Source: Girardia tigrina
Lineage: Eukaryota
Length of the DNA stretch: 64,000 bases
Direction of reading: 5' to 3'
NCBI GenBank assembly: GCA_001938485.1
Contig: MQRK01230776.1
Span: 10,558-74,557 of the forward strand
In this document: positions 1 to 14,623 of the stretch, piece after piece
Layout: the number at the start of each line of letters is the position of its first letter
Numbering within the stretch: the first letter of the stretch is position 1
Made by a program: the position numbers and the translations under genes
Notes under the pieces: generated by a model
Seen by the model: the letters and a program-made list of their open reading frames with translations, nothing else
What the model was told of the DNA's origin: nothing
Database searches by the model: none

Positions 1-145
1 CAAGCCTCCGGGAATTCTGCTCTTTCCTCCCATATGTCCACGAAACATTGCTGTATCTTCTCAGTCAACTGGAGACCGCCCCATTTATATAGCTCTGGAA
101 TGATACCGTTGTTTCCAGCTGTCCGATGTACGTTTTTCGACACCC
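1..145 (-). mobile_element. RTE-clade non-LTR retrotransposon RT fragment (runs off window edge)
   Basis: Minus-strand translation TAGNNGIIPELYKWGGLQLTEKIQQCFVDIWEERAEFPEA matches the RT-proximal KAPGxDGIPxELYKxGG...IW...P..W motif of RTE-type LINEs. Confidence 0.7.
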
Positions 146-1779
146 ATGACAATTAAATTTATATACCAGTTAAAATTTTAAATTAAAAAATTACAAATTA
201 TTCGACGAATTGAAAATAACGAAAAATAATAAAATTTAAAATAAAAATAACGAATTCCTCATATTTATTTGAATGATTTTTGTTTCAGTTGTCAAAAAAT
301 TAAAGAAATTTTAAAAAGATTTTAAGTATTACAAAAAAGCAAATATTATGAAATTGTTATATTCACTATTATTTTACTCGTAATTCCTTCATGTAAAAAT
401 AAAATGACTTTAAAGTTCAATCAATAATTTTTCGCTAGCATCTTAATTTTACCTCCACCGCTCTACTATAGCGCATGGTAAACGTTTCGTAGACAATTAA
501 AAAATCAACAAATTTTCTTTCTATCAATTTTTGATTTGAACCCTATAACCTTTTTTGAGGTTTCCGAATAAATTATGTCATAATTATATCACAAAAACAA
601 TCATAAATACTTCTTAATAAAATCACTAAATTGTCATCAAACTAAGCGAAATTTATCACAGATTCGAAATTACCTTGTTAGAAAACAAAATAATATTGAT
701 GAGCAAAGAAAGTGTACGAAAAGAGTTCGTCCAGGCCAAAGTTTGTCAACCAAGTAAAGTCATAGTGACATCATACAAAAATCAAACCGAAAATGTAACA
801 AAATGCGTATCATAAATCACAGACGACGTAAATCTGTTCATCACATCATAAAACGCAAATAATTATACTTCAGTTGATTAACAGGTAGAATCACGTTTTC
901 TTAGTTAATTTATATATCTTAATTTACGTGAGTATTTGTTTATTTGACCGCTCTTACAAAACGTACTTGTTCCTTTCCTTTTAAAAGATTTTTTCCTTTC
1001 CGCAAAAGATTTCAATGATTTAGAAATGAAAAGAATTAGATTTCAGTGAGAAAAAACGGTTAACAAGCTAAGAGAATTGTTCATAGGAATAACAGATATT
1101 CAAGGTTGAATTCTATTAGAAAAATGCTATTGAGATTTTTACGATTTCCAGGATAAAAATTAGTAAATAAATTACGATCAAAACTTGATAAATAATCTGA
1201 CACAAATTTTAAAACTGGAAAATTTAGGGTACTTTAATCGAAATTAAGTTCATATTAAAAAATAAGTGTCCATTTAGAAAATCAGTCTTGTAAGTGACTT
1301 TGAAACTAGATTAAAGGAAGTTAGGCTGATATCCAACAATTTATTTATATTATGTTTAGGGATTATAAGTGTTGACACAATTTTAAATCAATATTTGATA
1401 TTTAGAAATTTGTTTGTAAATATATGGCAGCAAAATGTGGTGATATTGCCACATTGCTTCGCGCAGGCCATCTTGATGGTGAAATTGTTGAGCCACTGGG
1501 ACGCCCTGTGAAAACAGTAGATTAAGTCCGAAAACGACTGGCTGTAAACGATAGTCTACAAGACAGGCTTAGAAGTGGTCAAAAATCAAAAATATATTTA
1601 TTCCAGCTAAGAAGGAACATTAAAGCCAATCCGAAACAATCAATTACAGTTCATGCTTCACATTTTAGTGTTCCTAAGCCACAGATCAGTCGTGACTTCA
1701 AGGAACTTGGTGGCAAGAATCTTTTAATGATCAAGACACCTTTCCTAACCACTAAAAGGAAGTAGAATCGCTTTTAACG

Positions 1780-2232
1780 GTGTCAGGCCTTTTTGAATGA
1801 CAGGAAGACCCGTAAAGTTTGAATTTTTAACGTCATTGAACACGAAAAAACGTTCACAGAGGATTCGTCATGAAATGATCGCAATAATCGTATCATTCAC
1901 CATGGTTAAAGATGAAGTTTCCCCGAGGAATTTTTTTATCAAGTCGGTGTACCATGTCATACGGCTAAGGCCTTTCAAAAGTTCTTAGAGAACAAAGCCG
2001 TCTTTTACAACCAAATACAATTGGCCAACATTTTCACTGGATGTGAATCCTTATGATTACCCCATATGAGCGCGTGTATAGAGTGAAGTCTTCTGTGCTC
2101 GTCACACAAGTACTAAGGCTTTAAGGAATTCTGTTGCGAAGGTCAGAAAGAATCTGCCAGATGTGTTTGTGTTAAAAGCCTTTTCCACATTCTGGAAGCC
2201 ATCGTGCATGCAAGAGGTGATCATGTTGAGTA
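1780..2232 (+). mobile_element. Degenerate mariner/maT (DD37D-like) transposase C-terminal remnant
   Basis: Frameshifted pieces FYQVGVPCHTAKAFQKFLEN, WPTFSLDVNPYDY and LEAIVHARGDHVE* resemble FQQDGAPxH, WPPxSPDLNPLDY and the typical C-terminus. Confidence 0.7.
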
Positions 2233-5200
2233 AATTGTTTAAAAAACTTCTATTCAACTGGAATTTAAAGTTGAAATGCGGTATCTTTTATATTTTCTGA
2301 AATATACATGTTTACCTGTTTGGAGTTATTTTTTCGACAAGACTTTCACAACACCCGGTGATCTGCCAAATCCGCAAGTTGCCCCGAAAAATGGATGGTG
2401 GTAGCAGCCTCGTGCAATGAAATTTTGAATAGAGGCCTGATCTCGGTCTTATGTGCTTGGCACATTTGTAAAAGAATTCATTAATAAAGATCGTCATGAA
2501 CGCCGAAAAGTCATTTAACTGAACCGCACTCAAGTCATTATGGTGAAGCAAAATAGGGCATCTGGCTTGGATAGGGAGTGGTATCGATGATCTTCATGTA
2601 CTGAGGATCATTGTCTGCGGGCTACTTGCTCAACTGATTACAATAAGAGATGTAATTATCGTGATTCGTATTCAGGTTCACGAAATAATTCGATCACTTA
2701 ATTTATTCTAATCTGTCGGTTCAGAATATCCAAGCTGAAAATGATGACATGCCAATTTTTGCCAGTGAGAACTGACGACGAATTCCCAAGAGGATTAACG
2801 TAAAAATTTAGCTTTTAAGATATATTGATAGAAATGGTTTATTATTCTTTTCTGTAACAAATATATAATTTGTCTGTTCTGACGATAAGACACAAATTAA
2901 GTTAACCAAAATCAAAATAAATGAACCTAATATTTAAAATTTATTTCCGAAAATTACCATCAGATAAAATAATAATTAAGCTCGTTCATTACAAATCGAA
3001 ACCGGTTATTTACACGACACATTTAAACAAAAATCATTTTTTAAAATAAATCGTTCTCAATTAACAAAACCTCTTATTTTTTTAACAAATCGATTTTTTA
3101 TTTGATTTAAATTTAATCATATTTAATATTTTTTTATTTCTTTTCTATTTTTATTTAACTTTATTTAATTATTTAATTTATTATATATCTAATTTATATA
3201 CATTAAAATCCAAAATAAATCACATCAAACAAAGGCTATAAATTATTAAGATTGTCATTTAAATAGAGTTTCTTGCTTTTCAAGATGAGAGAGAGTGAGA
3301 GAGAAGATCAATGAGTATAAATAATGATAGAAAACAATATACATAATAATAACAACAATATGAATCCAGAACACCCGGTATATACATAAATTTAAAATTG
3401 AGTGTCCAATTTTTTATTATAAATACAAAAGAACGCTATCTGCAAATACATTTATAATAATATATGATGACAGATTTACCGTCATCATTACTTATAGGGA
3501 TTGCAGCTATAGTTATTCAAGTCAAATTGTATCATGTAAGAAGAAATAATGCGAGAAGCACAAAACACTTAAAACCATTAATAGAGTCTATGATAGATTC
3601 GCAAGCTTTAGCTTATTTGTTTTTTCACAAAGAGTTGTAGAGCGACGGTGAATGTATTCAAATGTTTTTAATAAATACTGTCGAATGGGCTGGACTTGGT
3701 GAATGTCAGAGACATCATAGCTGTCCATAACAATGTGTGTAATATTTATAACATTCTTGAACATACTCTATATATTTTTATCAGAAATTCTGTACTTTTT
3801 CACTTAACACTACATTTTCATGGTCAAACATCTATGAATACTAAAGAAAAAAATTTTAGGTTAAAAATGCCCAGTCTACTTATAAGAAATGATGTCTAAA
3901 CGTGTAAAAAATTTGTTACCTATTTTGTTAAAAAATGTTTATTAGTATTAAGAACATTAATTGAGTTTCCTTTACATTTATTATTATCACAATTTGAATT
4001 GTCACTACAACAATTCTCCGTAAAACTTGCGTAGCTCGTCATCGTTCTTGATTGATAATCTTTAATAATATTCTTTAACGTCTTATTATTCAAACAAATT
4101 TAAAATACAATTTAATCATTACAAAAATAATTTATACTTTAAATTATAATTTATTTATTACAAAAATTATTTATAATTGAAATTNNNNNNNNNNNNNNNN
4201 NNNNNNNNNNNNNNNNNNNNNNNNNNNNNNNNNNAATATTAGTTTAATTTTAAAGTGATTATTTAACTTTTAATAATTGATTAAACAACTCGACGTTTTA
4301 AAATATTTAAGATATCAATCTTCCATGTGGGTGGGAGAAACACAATCCTAAAATAACATACCAAACAACACACAATAAACACCATTCAAAAATATTCCTC
4401 ACAATTAGGACTATTTAAAAGTTGAACAGCACAAACAATATAAACCTTGTATATCGCCCATTGTGACAACATTTTCAACTCAACGATGGCTGAAGCACCA
4501 TTATTTAAATGTTTGTAAGACTACGAGACCATCAGTTTTATTATTACAACGCAGAAAACCATCAAATAACAGAATGCATAACAATCAAAAATTACGAACA
4601 CAATCAAGGTTTGGGCCGTAGATGCTATTTCTATAGAAGAAACAATAGAAGAAACGATCGCCTTAGAGCTTCACGTAGGATACCGGCTGATATATTTGAA
4701 AACCAAATGGTTCTCCAAACTTTCTTTTGCTATATTTTTCAAGTCCAAAGTCTAGCAAAACCATGGAACAACCGAACAGAGTTAGTTGTTTTTTAGAAGA
4801 TCTCCAATGAGAATTCGAGAGTGGAAATCTTAAGACCCCGTGGCAGTTCTATCAAGGGCTTCTAATTTCCTTCTTTATTAGTTGATCGCCAAAAGAGCAT
4901 ACATAGGTTTTCTAAAAGGTTTTTTTCTCGATGAAATCAATTGATGAAACAGGGACTGAGGAAAAACGTTATCATTAAGTTGAATCAGTTTACATAGAAC
5001 ACAAATAAGTGATATTATAATTTGAGTAGTGAGCTCCTTTGATTTTCTAATAAAACTTTCAAATTCACTTTGATCTTTAAAATTAGTGATTGTTACCGAT
5101 CCATAAATTATTTTTAATGATCTTCCAATCTGAATATGAAAATCATATTCGAATTGTTAAACTAGTTTTAAGTTTCAAGTCACATAAAAATATATGAAAT

Positions 5201-6311
5201 AAATATTTCATTATGTAATATAATTTGTTTTACTAAGAGATAATTACATTTATTAAAATTTTATGGATAGTTATATTTTCTTTTGCTAATAAAATTTATA
5301 ATTTAAAATTTTCTAATTAACTTTATATTTGTGATTGATAAAGCTGGCAGCAAGTGACAGATTTGATTACGTTGCGGATCAGAATTGATAACATTCGTTC
5401 ATATCTACATCCTCCTTTTAAGGGAATTTAGACCCACAAAACCTTTAATTAGTTTACAGTGAAATTGTTATTTTTTTATTAGAACCTTTTTTTTGAATGT
5501 TACAAAAATTAAATATTAATATCAAAATTATTTATTTATTTTTATATTAAAATTAAATAAATATTTTCTTCTTATTTTAAAAAGTTAACAGATATCAGAA
5601 AAAAAGTCCATTAGAATAAGGATTATTACAGAAAGGTATTCTTGATAAAGGTTTGACTTGCATTAATAACACTAGATGTAAAAAGAACTCTACCTGTAGA
5701 TATTTGAGTAAAATGCTTGAAGAAAAGATATGATTAAATACATTCAAGTGGATTTTTTCTGCTATACGATTTTAATAAATGATTTTTTATTTTATATAGA
5801 TACAACGTTTTTCTGAAGACTCATTCAATAATTTTATTTTACAAAAGAGGATGAATAAAAAAGATTGCTACGTCATTCTAAAATAACCATGTACAGTACC
5901 CTCGAAAAGTATCCGACCACACGGTATTTTTATAAAATTTAGTACAAGTATAATTGTTTGAATATAACAAAAGATATAAAAAATCAATAAAAATTCAAAT
6001 AATTATTATATTCCGTAAAATATTATTATTTATTATTATATAAATTAGATACAGCATTAATAGTATGAAGAGATTGTAAAGGTAATAAGACAACCTTAAA
6101 ATGAGAGCACCTCAAAGCAGAATGTGATTTGAGTATTTGAATTTATAAATTAATTGACACACATATATATTGGATTTTTATGCGAATCAGAATGCTCTTC
6201 CAACAATACGATGGGGGCGGTTTTAATTGCATAATCCTGAAAAAAATTATAACATTTTCCTGGTTAATGTGATGTAAAAATGATTAAGCCAATATGTATA
6301 CTTGCAGTATA

Positions 6312-7591
6312 CAGGGTGATCATAAAGTAACTACCAGGTTTTAAACTGCAATAACTTTTTTGGCAAAACATTATGATAAAATGGTTTTAAATAACAAAAA
6401 GCATATATTAAAATTTATGCTAACCATCGACATCAATACAATGTTTAAGGCGTCCATGAAAATACTTAATGGCATTTTGGCACATTTCACCATCTATTTT
6501 TGCCGCTTCTTGACAAATAAAATCTTTAAGTTGCTGAATTGTTTCTGGTTTTCTCTTATCCACTACATTCTTCAAATACCGCCATACAAAAAATCGAGTG
6601 GTGTCAAATCAGGTAACCTGGCCGGCCATACATATGGACCACATCGTCCCAGCCAACGTTGTGGAAATGCTTCATCCAGAAATTGTCGCATAATCAGTGA
6701 ATAATGGACAGGTGCTCCATCTTGCTGGAACACATCTTTCCGTTTGCATGTTCATGATAACGACGGCATAAAGCAACTTTTTAACATATCCAGGTAAAGC
6801 GCCGCTGTTATGTTTCCTTCAATAAAAAAGGGCCCATAAACACGAGGGCCCATCCAAACATTAACTTTTTCCCTAACCTGTGACCTGTGATATGTTTCGG
6901 TTGGTGTTTTAATGCCCCAAATGCGACAGTTATATCTGTTTACAATGCCATTAAGATGGAAAGTTGACTCATCAGAGAATATTAGGTTACTAAGAAAATT
7001 TTCATTTGCATCTATCGATTGAATTAACGTTTTACACATAACACGTCTAAGAGCACAATCTTCTTCATACAAAAGTTACGTGGCTTGAATTCTGAAGGGG
7101 AACATTTTAAAGTCGTTTCGTAATACTTTTTGAACAGTTTCATAAGAACAATTCAGAGTTGACAACGATTTCCAGATAGAAGACTGGGGTTCTTGCTTAA
7201 AATGTTCTGCTATCTCATTTTTATTTTCATCATCAATTGGTGGTCTTCCAGATTTTGGGGCATTTAGAACCTACCTATGTCTTGAAAATTTTTGAAGATG
7301 CTTCAAATACTTTTTTTCGGTTGGAATATTTTTCCATTTAAGTCGTTGAAGTTCTCTTCTTACTAAAGTTCATGCTTCACAAATAAAATAACAATTTTTA
7401 CACACTGATTTACATCCATTTTGAATCTTACGCTTAAAACAATAACAACAATGAATGCATTTAAACAAATTGTACTTTTAATTAAATTTTAAAGAATAAG
7501 CTTCAAGATGCATTTATAATTAAAAAGAAATACAATGTAAGTCAAAAGTTATTGCAGTTTAAAACCCGGTAGTTACTTTATGATCACCCTC
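6312..7591 (-). mobile_element. Tc1/mariner rosa (DD41D) element, full length, transposase disrupted
   Basis: ~48-bp TIRs CAGGGTGATCATAAAGTAACTACC... flanked by TA on both sides; IFSDESTFHLNG...VFQQDGAPVH...WPARLPDLTPLD with 41 residues between the 2nd and 3rd D; stops and frameshifts present. Confidence 0.92.
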
Positions 7592-9082
7592 TATATTAAT
7601 TCGATTGTAAAGGGTGCCAAAAGGGCATCATAATTCTATTTTTAATTTTTTTTCAAAGAACTCCAAGAGTTGTCATTATCATGGACTTGACTGTTATACA
7701 ACGCACGCAGATAGTAACTTTATATTAATTTAAAGTTTCACATTTTTTTATTTAATTCGAAATTAAACATCGGCTCCACACAATTAAGGACAGAACATAT
7801 CTGAGTTTGCTGTATTTTATTTACCAATCATTGCTATTGACTTTTTATATATGTAAATTTTCTAAGTTTAAAAACAAACATACTATTTTGGTCACCAGAT
7901 TCCAAGCAAAAAACGAATCTTCCCAAAACAATAATATTATTTAATATTCATTAAAATGAAGACACTTACATAATCATTCTAACATTTTTTTAGTGTTTAT
8001 TTTTAAAATAAAGAAATATAAAAAAGAGGACGAAATCATTGGAGGACAACTATGTCTTTCGCAAATTTAAAAATAATTTGTCAAGAAAATTACTTTGCAA
8101 AAATAATCGTATGTTGTGAATAAATTAAAAAAATTTTCTTATTTTAAATATAATCTCGACATCGAAATTTTCTAATTAGAAATTACCGATATGCTCAGTT
8201 ACCGCCGGTCTTTGAAATTGGGATTTCGGTAGTTGAGATGAGGATTCCGGCGACACCAATTACTTATAAATAATGATATCATTAACGATTAGTCGATTTA
8301 TAATCGTTATTTTATCCCATTCAAAACTTTTTATTATAATTTATATTTTTATAATAATTGTAAAGAGCGCAAACAAGATAATAAAATTTATTATATAAAA
8401 TATTGATCGGGCTTTGCTAACCAATTAAACTTGGAAATCTTCCCCTTTTATATTATGGCAATATTATATAATATTATATAATATGCCCCCGAGTCAATTG
8501 ATGCAATTGAAATTGACCCTGCAATTACACATTCCGGTGATGTCGTGACATATGAAATCACCGGAATTTGAACTCTAGTGATGCCATGAGATTTGACATT
8601 ATTGAAGTTCAATATTAATGAATGTGGCGAGGAATGCTGATTTAGCAGAATAAATATTCATTGTAAAATGTATCAAATGATTTAGTTATTTTAAAAATAT
8701 AATTGCTGGGCTTATAATAAATTAAATGATTAAAAAAATACTTAAAAAAAATTAACACCATGTTTAAAATTAATTTAAAAAGACTCACAATTGAACTACC
8801 TTTTTATAAAATTTGTAAAAGTCGTGTAAAATGTTACTGGAAAATATATATCTTCTATATAACCTAAAAGGTTTCTGCTTCTGTTCAAAAAATGTTTATC
8901 TTTATGGATTTTGCGGTACTGATTTCAAATCTGTATTCGGAATTACCCTCTGAAATTTATTTCAGAGAAATTATTATTTTTCAGATTATAATATATAATT
9001 ATACGGCGAACACCAAAGAAATACAAAAAAATATTTTATTGTGACCGTAAAGTTAAAAAATGTTCTGCAAAACATTTTTCTT

Positions 9083-10000
9083 CTAGGCATTGTTTTGTTT
9101 ATTCTTGATTAACTTCCAACTGTAGTCAGCTAGCAGAGATACATTCCAGTTGCCCTGAAACCTTCTCTCAATTACGGTAATTTTTTGATGAATTCTTTCT
9201 CTGTGTTCGTAACTAACAACATCAAGATTTATTGGAAAGAAATCGAGATGCGAGTGTAGGAAATGTGTTTTGAGGGACATGTTACATTTCATCTGCTTGT
9301 GTTCTTAAACTAGATGTACATAGTTTGGAGCCTTGTTTTCACCTAGGAAATTCTGAACTAAATCTTTTAACGCATTCCACGCTATTTGCTCGGCTCCTTG
9401 TACGAGTCCTTCAAAACTGATGGTCGCAGAGAACTTTCCTTATATCTGGTCCAACAAAAATTCCTTCATTAATTTTGGTATCACTGATACGTGGAAACAG
9501 CCTTCTGAAATAATAAAATTCTTTTCTTTAAATTTTGATTTTCGACTTTCCTATGAAGTTGGGGATAATAGAATCTTTTGGGATCATTGAATGGTTCATG
9601 GGAGATATTCTTCTCTCCTGTCACAAAACTTTTACGCTGAGATCAGTCTATTTGTACATAGTGTCGTTGCTCGGCTGTCCCAATCTCGTATCAGGCAACA
9701 GTATTTGGTTTATTCTAACTACAGTCTAAGAAAAATTGCTACAATTTTCAAATTCTCATATATATTCCAGTCATATTTGCTGTAGTTTATGCAATTAAAT
9801 ATCATTTAGTTTTGTCATATGTTTCTTTCATTTGAACAACAAATACCACTGGAACTGAGGATAAAAATTTCCATTGCAGAGCAAAATAGTTTTCAGACTG
9901 GATTTTGTTGTACCCATGAATAATGTCCATTCTTCCGCATTGATCTGTCACCCAAGTGCGGAAAATAATCCATGAAGGTCTTTGCAAACTTCACAGTGTT
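9083..10000 (-). mobile_element. Degenerate DNA transposase remnant, probably CMC/Chapaev3-like
   Basis: CNMSLKTHFLHSHLDFFP..L..VS.EH.ER.HQ.I...E.RFQG.W...LADY.W.L is a conserved transposase C-terminal motif; superfamily assignment from memory and tentative. Confidence 0.65.
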
Positions 10001-11910
10001 CGTCTGTCCGTGTTTCTAACTTCACAAAATGACTCCAAGCTTTTTATTTTTCAGTTGTGATTCAGTTTTACAAATATATTAAAATTAAAAAACAAAATAC
10101 CAAATTTAACAAAATTACCAAAATATTATTACTTTTTCCGTGACAATTTATTTATATCCACCGAGTTGCGTTGAAATACTAAAATACTAATATATTTTAA
10201 AATAAATATTAAATATTCTTTGTCGAAACCTTCTTTTCAATTAGCACAAAGTATCAGTTCTGTGACATATTTTACTTAATAAATTGGTTATTTTGACTAA
10301 AAACTGTCAGGGTTATAGTTTATTTAAGTCTTTATTGGCCCATTGTTGTTTAGGCAGTTAAGATAGCAATGAAAGCGGTCTGAACAACAATAATAAAAAA
10401 TTAAATCATATTTATTATGTAAATTTCTGTTTGAATTAGGTTTCCTTTTTCATGCTTTTTACATATAGTTTATAAGTATTGCCAACTAAGAAACAATATA
10501 CAATTCACATTTCCCAATATGTAAATGCTTAATAGTATCGATATCCCTCCTCTGAAGACTCAAACAGAAGTTTTATGACTTATAAATCTTAGATTATTTC
10601 TTGAGTCCTCAAATGTGGTCATTTTCTGTGACATCCAACAAATTATGACAAGTAAACTTTTAAGATTTCGCTCCCACAATCACCTAAAAAAGTATTATGT
10701 CTTTTTGGTAGTGAATTGAAAGCCATCTTACTCTACTTTCATTCATTACATCTACTTTGCATTCATTAAATGCAGCTTTCGAGAATTTTTGCTTAGAGTG
10801 TATGAAACTAGAATTATATATATTAAATAAATTTTAAACGAAAATAATAATTATTTATTATTGATATGATTTTTATATTAAAATAATAGATGAGATTGTA
10901 CCATATAGTTTTATTTATAACCGGAAAAATGTATTTAAAGATTAAATATAACTATAATGATTCAAATAATTAAAAAATAGTTGCATTCTATTTTTGAAAA
11001 CATAAAAACTCTTTTTAAATAAAAAATATATAATCTTGTTGACAATCAATTTCGACGTAATCGTCATGTCATAAAGACATTATTAATTTTAAATCTGCTT
11101 ATATAAACAAGTTGTGAGTATATAATCAATGAATAATTGCGTCATCTAAACACGCTCAATAAGATTGTCGAGAGACACGTTTGCACATTAATCTTAGGAT
11201 CTAAAGATCTGATAAATGCCTCGCAGGTCACCCCCTTCCAATAATTATTAAACTGGACACACGGAATTTTAAAATTGTGTTAAAACAAATTTCTTTTAAA
11301 AATTTATCTAGTGATAATGTTTTGGACAAATATTTTTTGGGAATGTTATTTATCGGTGTTTGGAACGATGAAGGGCATTTGGTGTTCTAAACTATTTACC
11401 TTAATTCTTTCATATATACGAATAAAATATGAATAAATGTCTAGAAACTAAGTTTAATGTGTATAGTTCTTTTCTTGCATGCAAATAAAATATATATAAA
11501 TACGAATAATGATTTCGATATAAATATTTATACAGGATAAATACTTTTGTAAGGCAATATCTTAGTCAGTCCCAATTGCGAAATTCACCAACAATGTTCA
11601 CTGAGATTTTAGATTATTTATAATTATATAAAATACAAAATTGCATTAGAACTTTTTTTATGTAAATAAATGTTTAAAATGAATTTCTTTACTTGTTCAA
11701 TAAACTATGTTGTTTTCACATATTTAATTGTTTTAATTTAAAAATTGTTATATATTAAATTTTAATATAAAAGCAAAATACCTTAATACATTTATCTGTT
11801 TTAATTTTTGCGGACCTTGCAGATTACTTTTTCTATGAGTCAACCAGAGGCATTTACTCTAATTACACAGAGTACTTCATAACTTTAAATATTTATTTCA
11901 TTAAAATGTA

Positions 11911-12189
11911 CAGGGTGTCCAGAAGAAAACCAAAGGATTTCATGAAACCAATATGTATTTAATTAAACACATGATAACGGCAAACATTTATATTTACAGA
12001 AATAAGCTGGCTGTTTAGAGTTGTTCAAAATTTCCTGCGTTATTGTCGCAACACTTTCAAAGACATGGAATCCAGGAAGTTGTTGTCTTGAGAATTCCTT
12101 CCATGTCAGATTTCTTCCTTGTGAGTAGTAAAGCACTTTTAAAAATTCAAGAAAAAAATAAAATCCTTTGTTTTTTTACTGGCACCCTA
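11911..12189 (-). mobile_element. Mariner-derived MITE / internal deletion derivative
   Basis: TIRs CAGGGTGTCCAGAAGAAAACCAAAGGATTT / AAATCCTTTGTTTTTTTACTGGCACCCT; retains transposase terminus KCCDNNAGNFEQL* on the minus strand. Confidence 0.7.
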
Positions 12190-13737
12190 AAGAATAATAA
12201 CTTTTGAATCCTAACATTAAAAACAAATAATCACCTCCTCCAGAAGATTACTCACTCTTAGGATAATTTCCCATGATGACAAAAAATGAGAAAAGAAGTC
12301 GGAATCGTTTAGAATTTAATTATGAATTCAATGCAAACTGTTGATAGTTTTCTTTGGTTTTTAATTTTCGTTCTTATAAATAATATTTAATAGTTATTAA
12401 AGTTATTATTATTGGTAAAGGAATTTTAAACCGTTCTCTTCAAATCATGTACAGAAAACGCAGTAACAAACTGAATGGCCATTTTGAACATAAAACAGCG
12501 ATAATTATCTACAGAGGATATTCTTATGTATCATCATTAAAAAAAACCAGCCCTCTGAATCCGAAGATAACCCCACCGTTATTCCATTGATATATTGGCA
12601 GTTATGACCCAACAGTCACGATATTTCGACAAATGCCATTAATTTTGCCAGGTGATTTGCCTGACTCTAAGTTTACATTTGCCTGTGAACACTGCATGAT
12701 TTATGTCCCGCCGAACAGTCAGCGGTTGTTTCGCTTTTCTGTGCACTTCTTGAAGATTCGCGTTATATCCATTGGTGTAGTTCACGATGACAGTTGTAGA
12801 AAGTTGATTATTATTACCATGCGACTAAAACTTGTAAACAAGTGCTTCTTATTCTTTCGATTTCCCAGTTTACATTTGTTCTTCGCTATTCTAAAATATT
12901 TTTCTAATTCATTAAAAATATGTATAAAACGTTTTATATAAGTGCATGTTTTATCAATTTTGTCGAATTGTTATAAAAACAATCAATTAATAAATTGAAT
13001 TTAAAATAAATATTATTAATATATATTTATATAAAATTTTCTATAAGTAGAAAGTGAAAAATAAATAAAAATTTGATTTGATAAATAATAAATATAAATA
13101 TATTTAAAAATGAAATATATTTTTTTATAAAATTATATTGAAATTAATTTTAATATTTTTTTACTAAATGCTCACAGATTTTACTCGTCTGACCTGTTGT
13201 GTGTGCTCACTAATACGAGTACGTCGAGTACGGTGTGTCTCTCCAATGTAATATATTGGTATAATATATTAGTATATAAACATATTAGTATACTTCCATT
13301 TTTGAATTACATTATTAGTATTATAAAATAAATCTTTTTTAGTGTTTTAAGTTATTTTCTCTAATCAGAATTTCGGCAATAATTCAGTGTTTGATACATA
13401 CCTTTTTCGGTTTCGTTTTAGTAATTTTATATATCTGTTCTAACAATAGACGATCAACCTAATGATGTTCTGATAAGATATATATATGTATATATAGCTA
13501 TAATTCGTGATTTATTGAAAATTGATATTCTAGGTGTAGTGCCCACGACTTCAGCATTAAATTTTATTGTGATGTAAATTTGAAATTAATTTACTTAATT
13601 GAAGTTGCTTACCTTGTTATGCTTTTTTTCAAAAAACATGTTTTTAAATCACTTTTAGATATCCGAATTTAGGCCTTTTCGTAAAAACCCAAACAAACTG
13701 AATCAATAAATTGAGATTGATTAGAACTATTATATAT

Positions 13738-14524
13738 CAGGGTTTCTAAAAGTTTTTTTCATTCAGGACCCTGTAAGTAGCGTTTATGTCACTTTCAGTA
13801 TTATCGAATTCCGAAATCATAATTTAACACCACAAAATTTATTAATATCAACAATTCACATATTAAACAAATTTCGCCTATTTCACATATTAAACAAAAA
13901 TTAATTCATTAAATTTTTTCGATTAAATTTTGAAATTTTACGAAATTTAAACCTTAAATTATTTTACATTTTTTACGAAAATTTTATCATAAAAGCTAAT
14001 TAATTTAAATTTACAATAAATCATTTTATTAAAAAATTATTTCTTAAAATATTAATCCGTTAATTATTTATTTTAAAATTTATTCAAACTTATTTCATAA
14101 ATTTTATTAAAATATATCAATTGTTATTACTGAAAGCATATTTTAAATAAGTATTTATTTATCATATTTTTACTCTACATTTTAGTTTTTTAATTCATTT
14201 CTTTTAAATTTCCAAAATTAAAAAATAATAAACTATTTTGGCGAAACTTAAATTTAAACTAACCCCTTATATAAACTAAACCATTAATGATTGTTAGATT
14301 TTCAGTGACGTTATAATAATATAAAAAGATGAATAAATATTCTGTAATGATTTATTAAGAAACTTTATAAATTGATATATTTTTATATATTCAGGAATAA
14401 ATTCATAAATTCATTTATACATTATTTCGCAAATACTTATTTTATTAATTCATCTACTGAAATATTTTACATAAAAATCTTGTGACCCTAAATTTAGTCG
14501 AGACCCATAGTTTTAGAAGCCATG
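13738..14524. mobile_element. hAT-like non-autonomous element (MITE)
   Basis: Imperfect TIRs CAGGGTTTCTAAAA / TTTTAGAAGCCATG; flanks TTATATAT vs CTATTTAT (6/8 match, possible decayed 8-bp TSD). Confidence 0.45.
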
Positions 14525-14623
14525 CTATTTATCATATTTTCTCTCCTTGAAATTTACTTTATTTTTTAAAAAATCTTCAATTTAACTTGTATTTGTGAAG
14601 AAAATATTTTTGTGTCTTATTAT

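Noticed and set aside
6360-6704. 114-aa plus-strand ORF and similar short ORFs (23912, 26363, 27429, 36616, 50006, 62518, 63179)
   Set aside because: Antisense or alternate-frame shadows of transposase, pol or other ORFs
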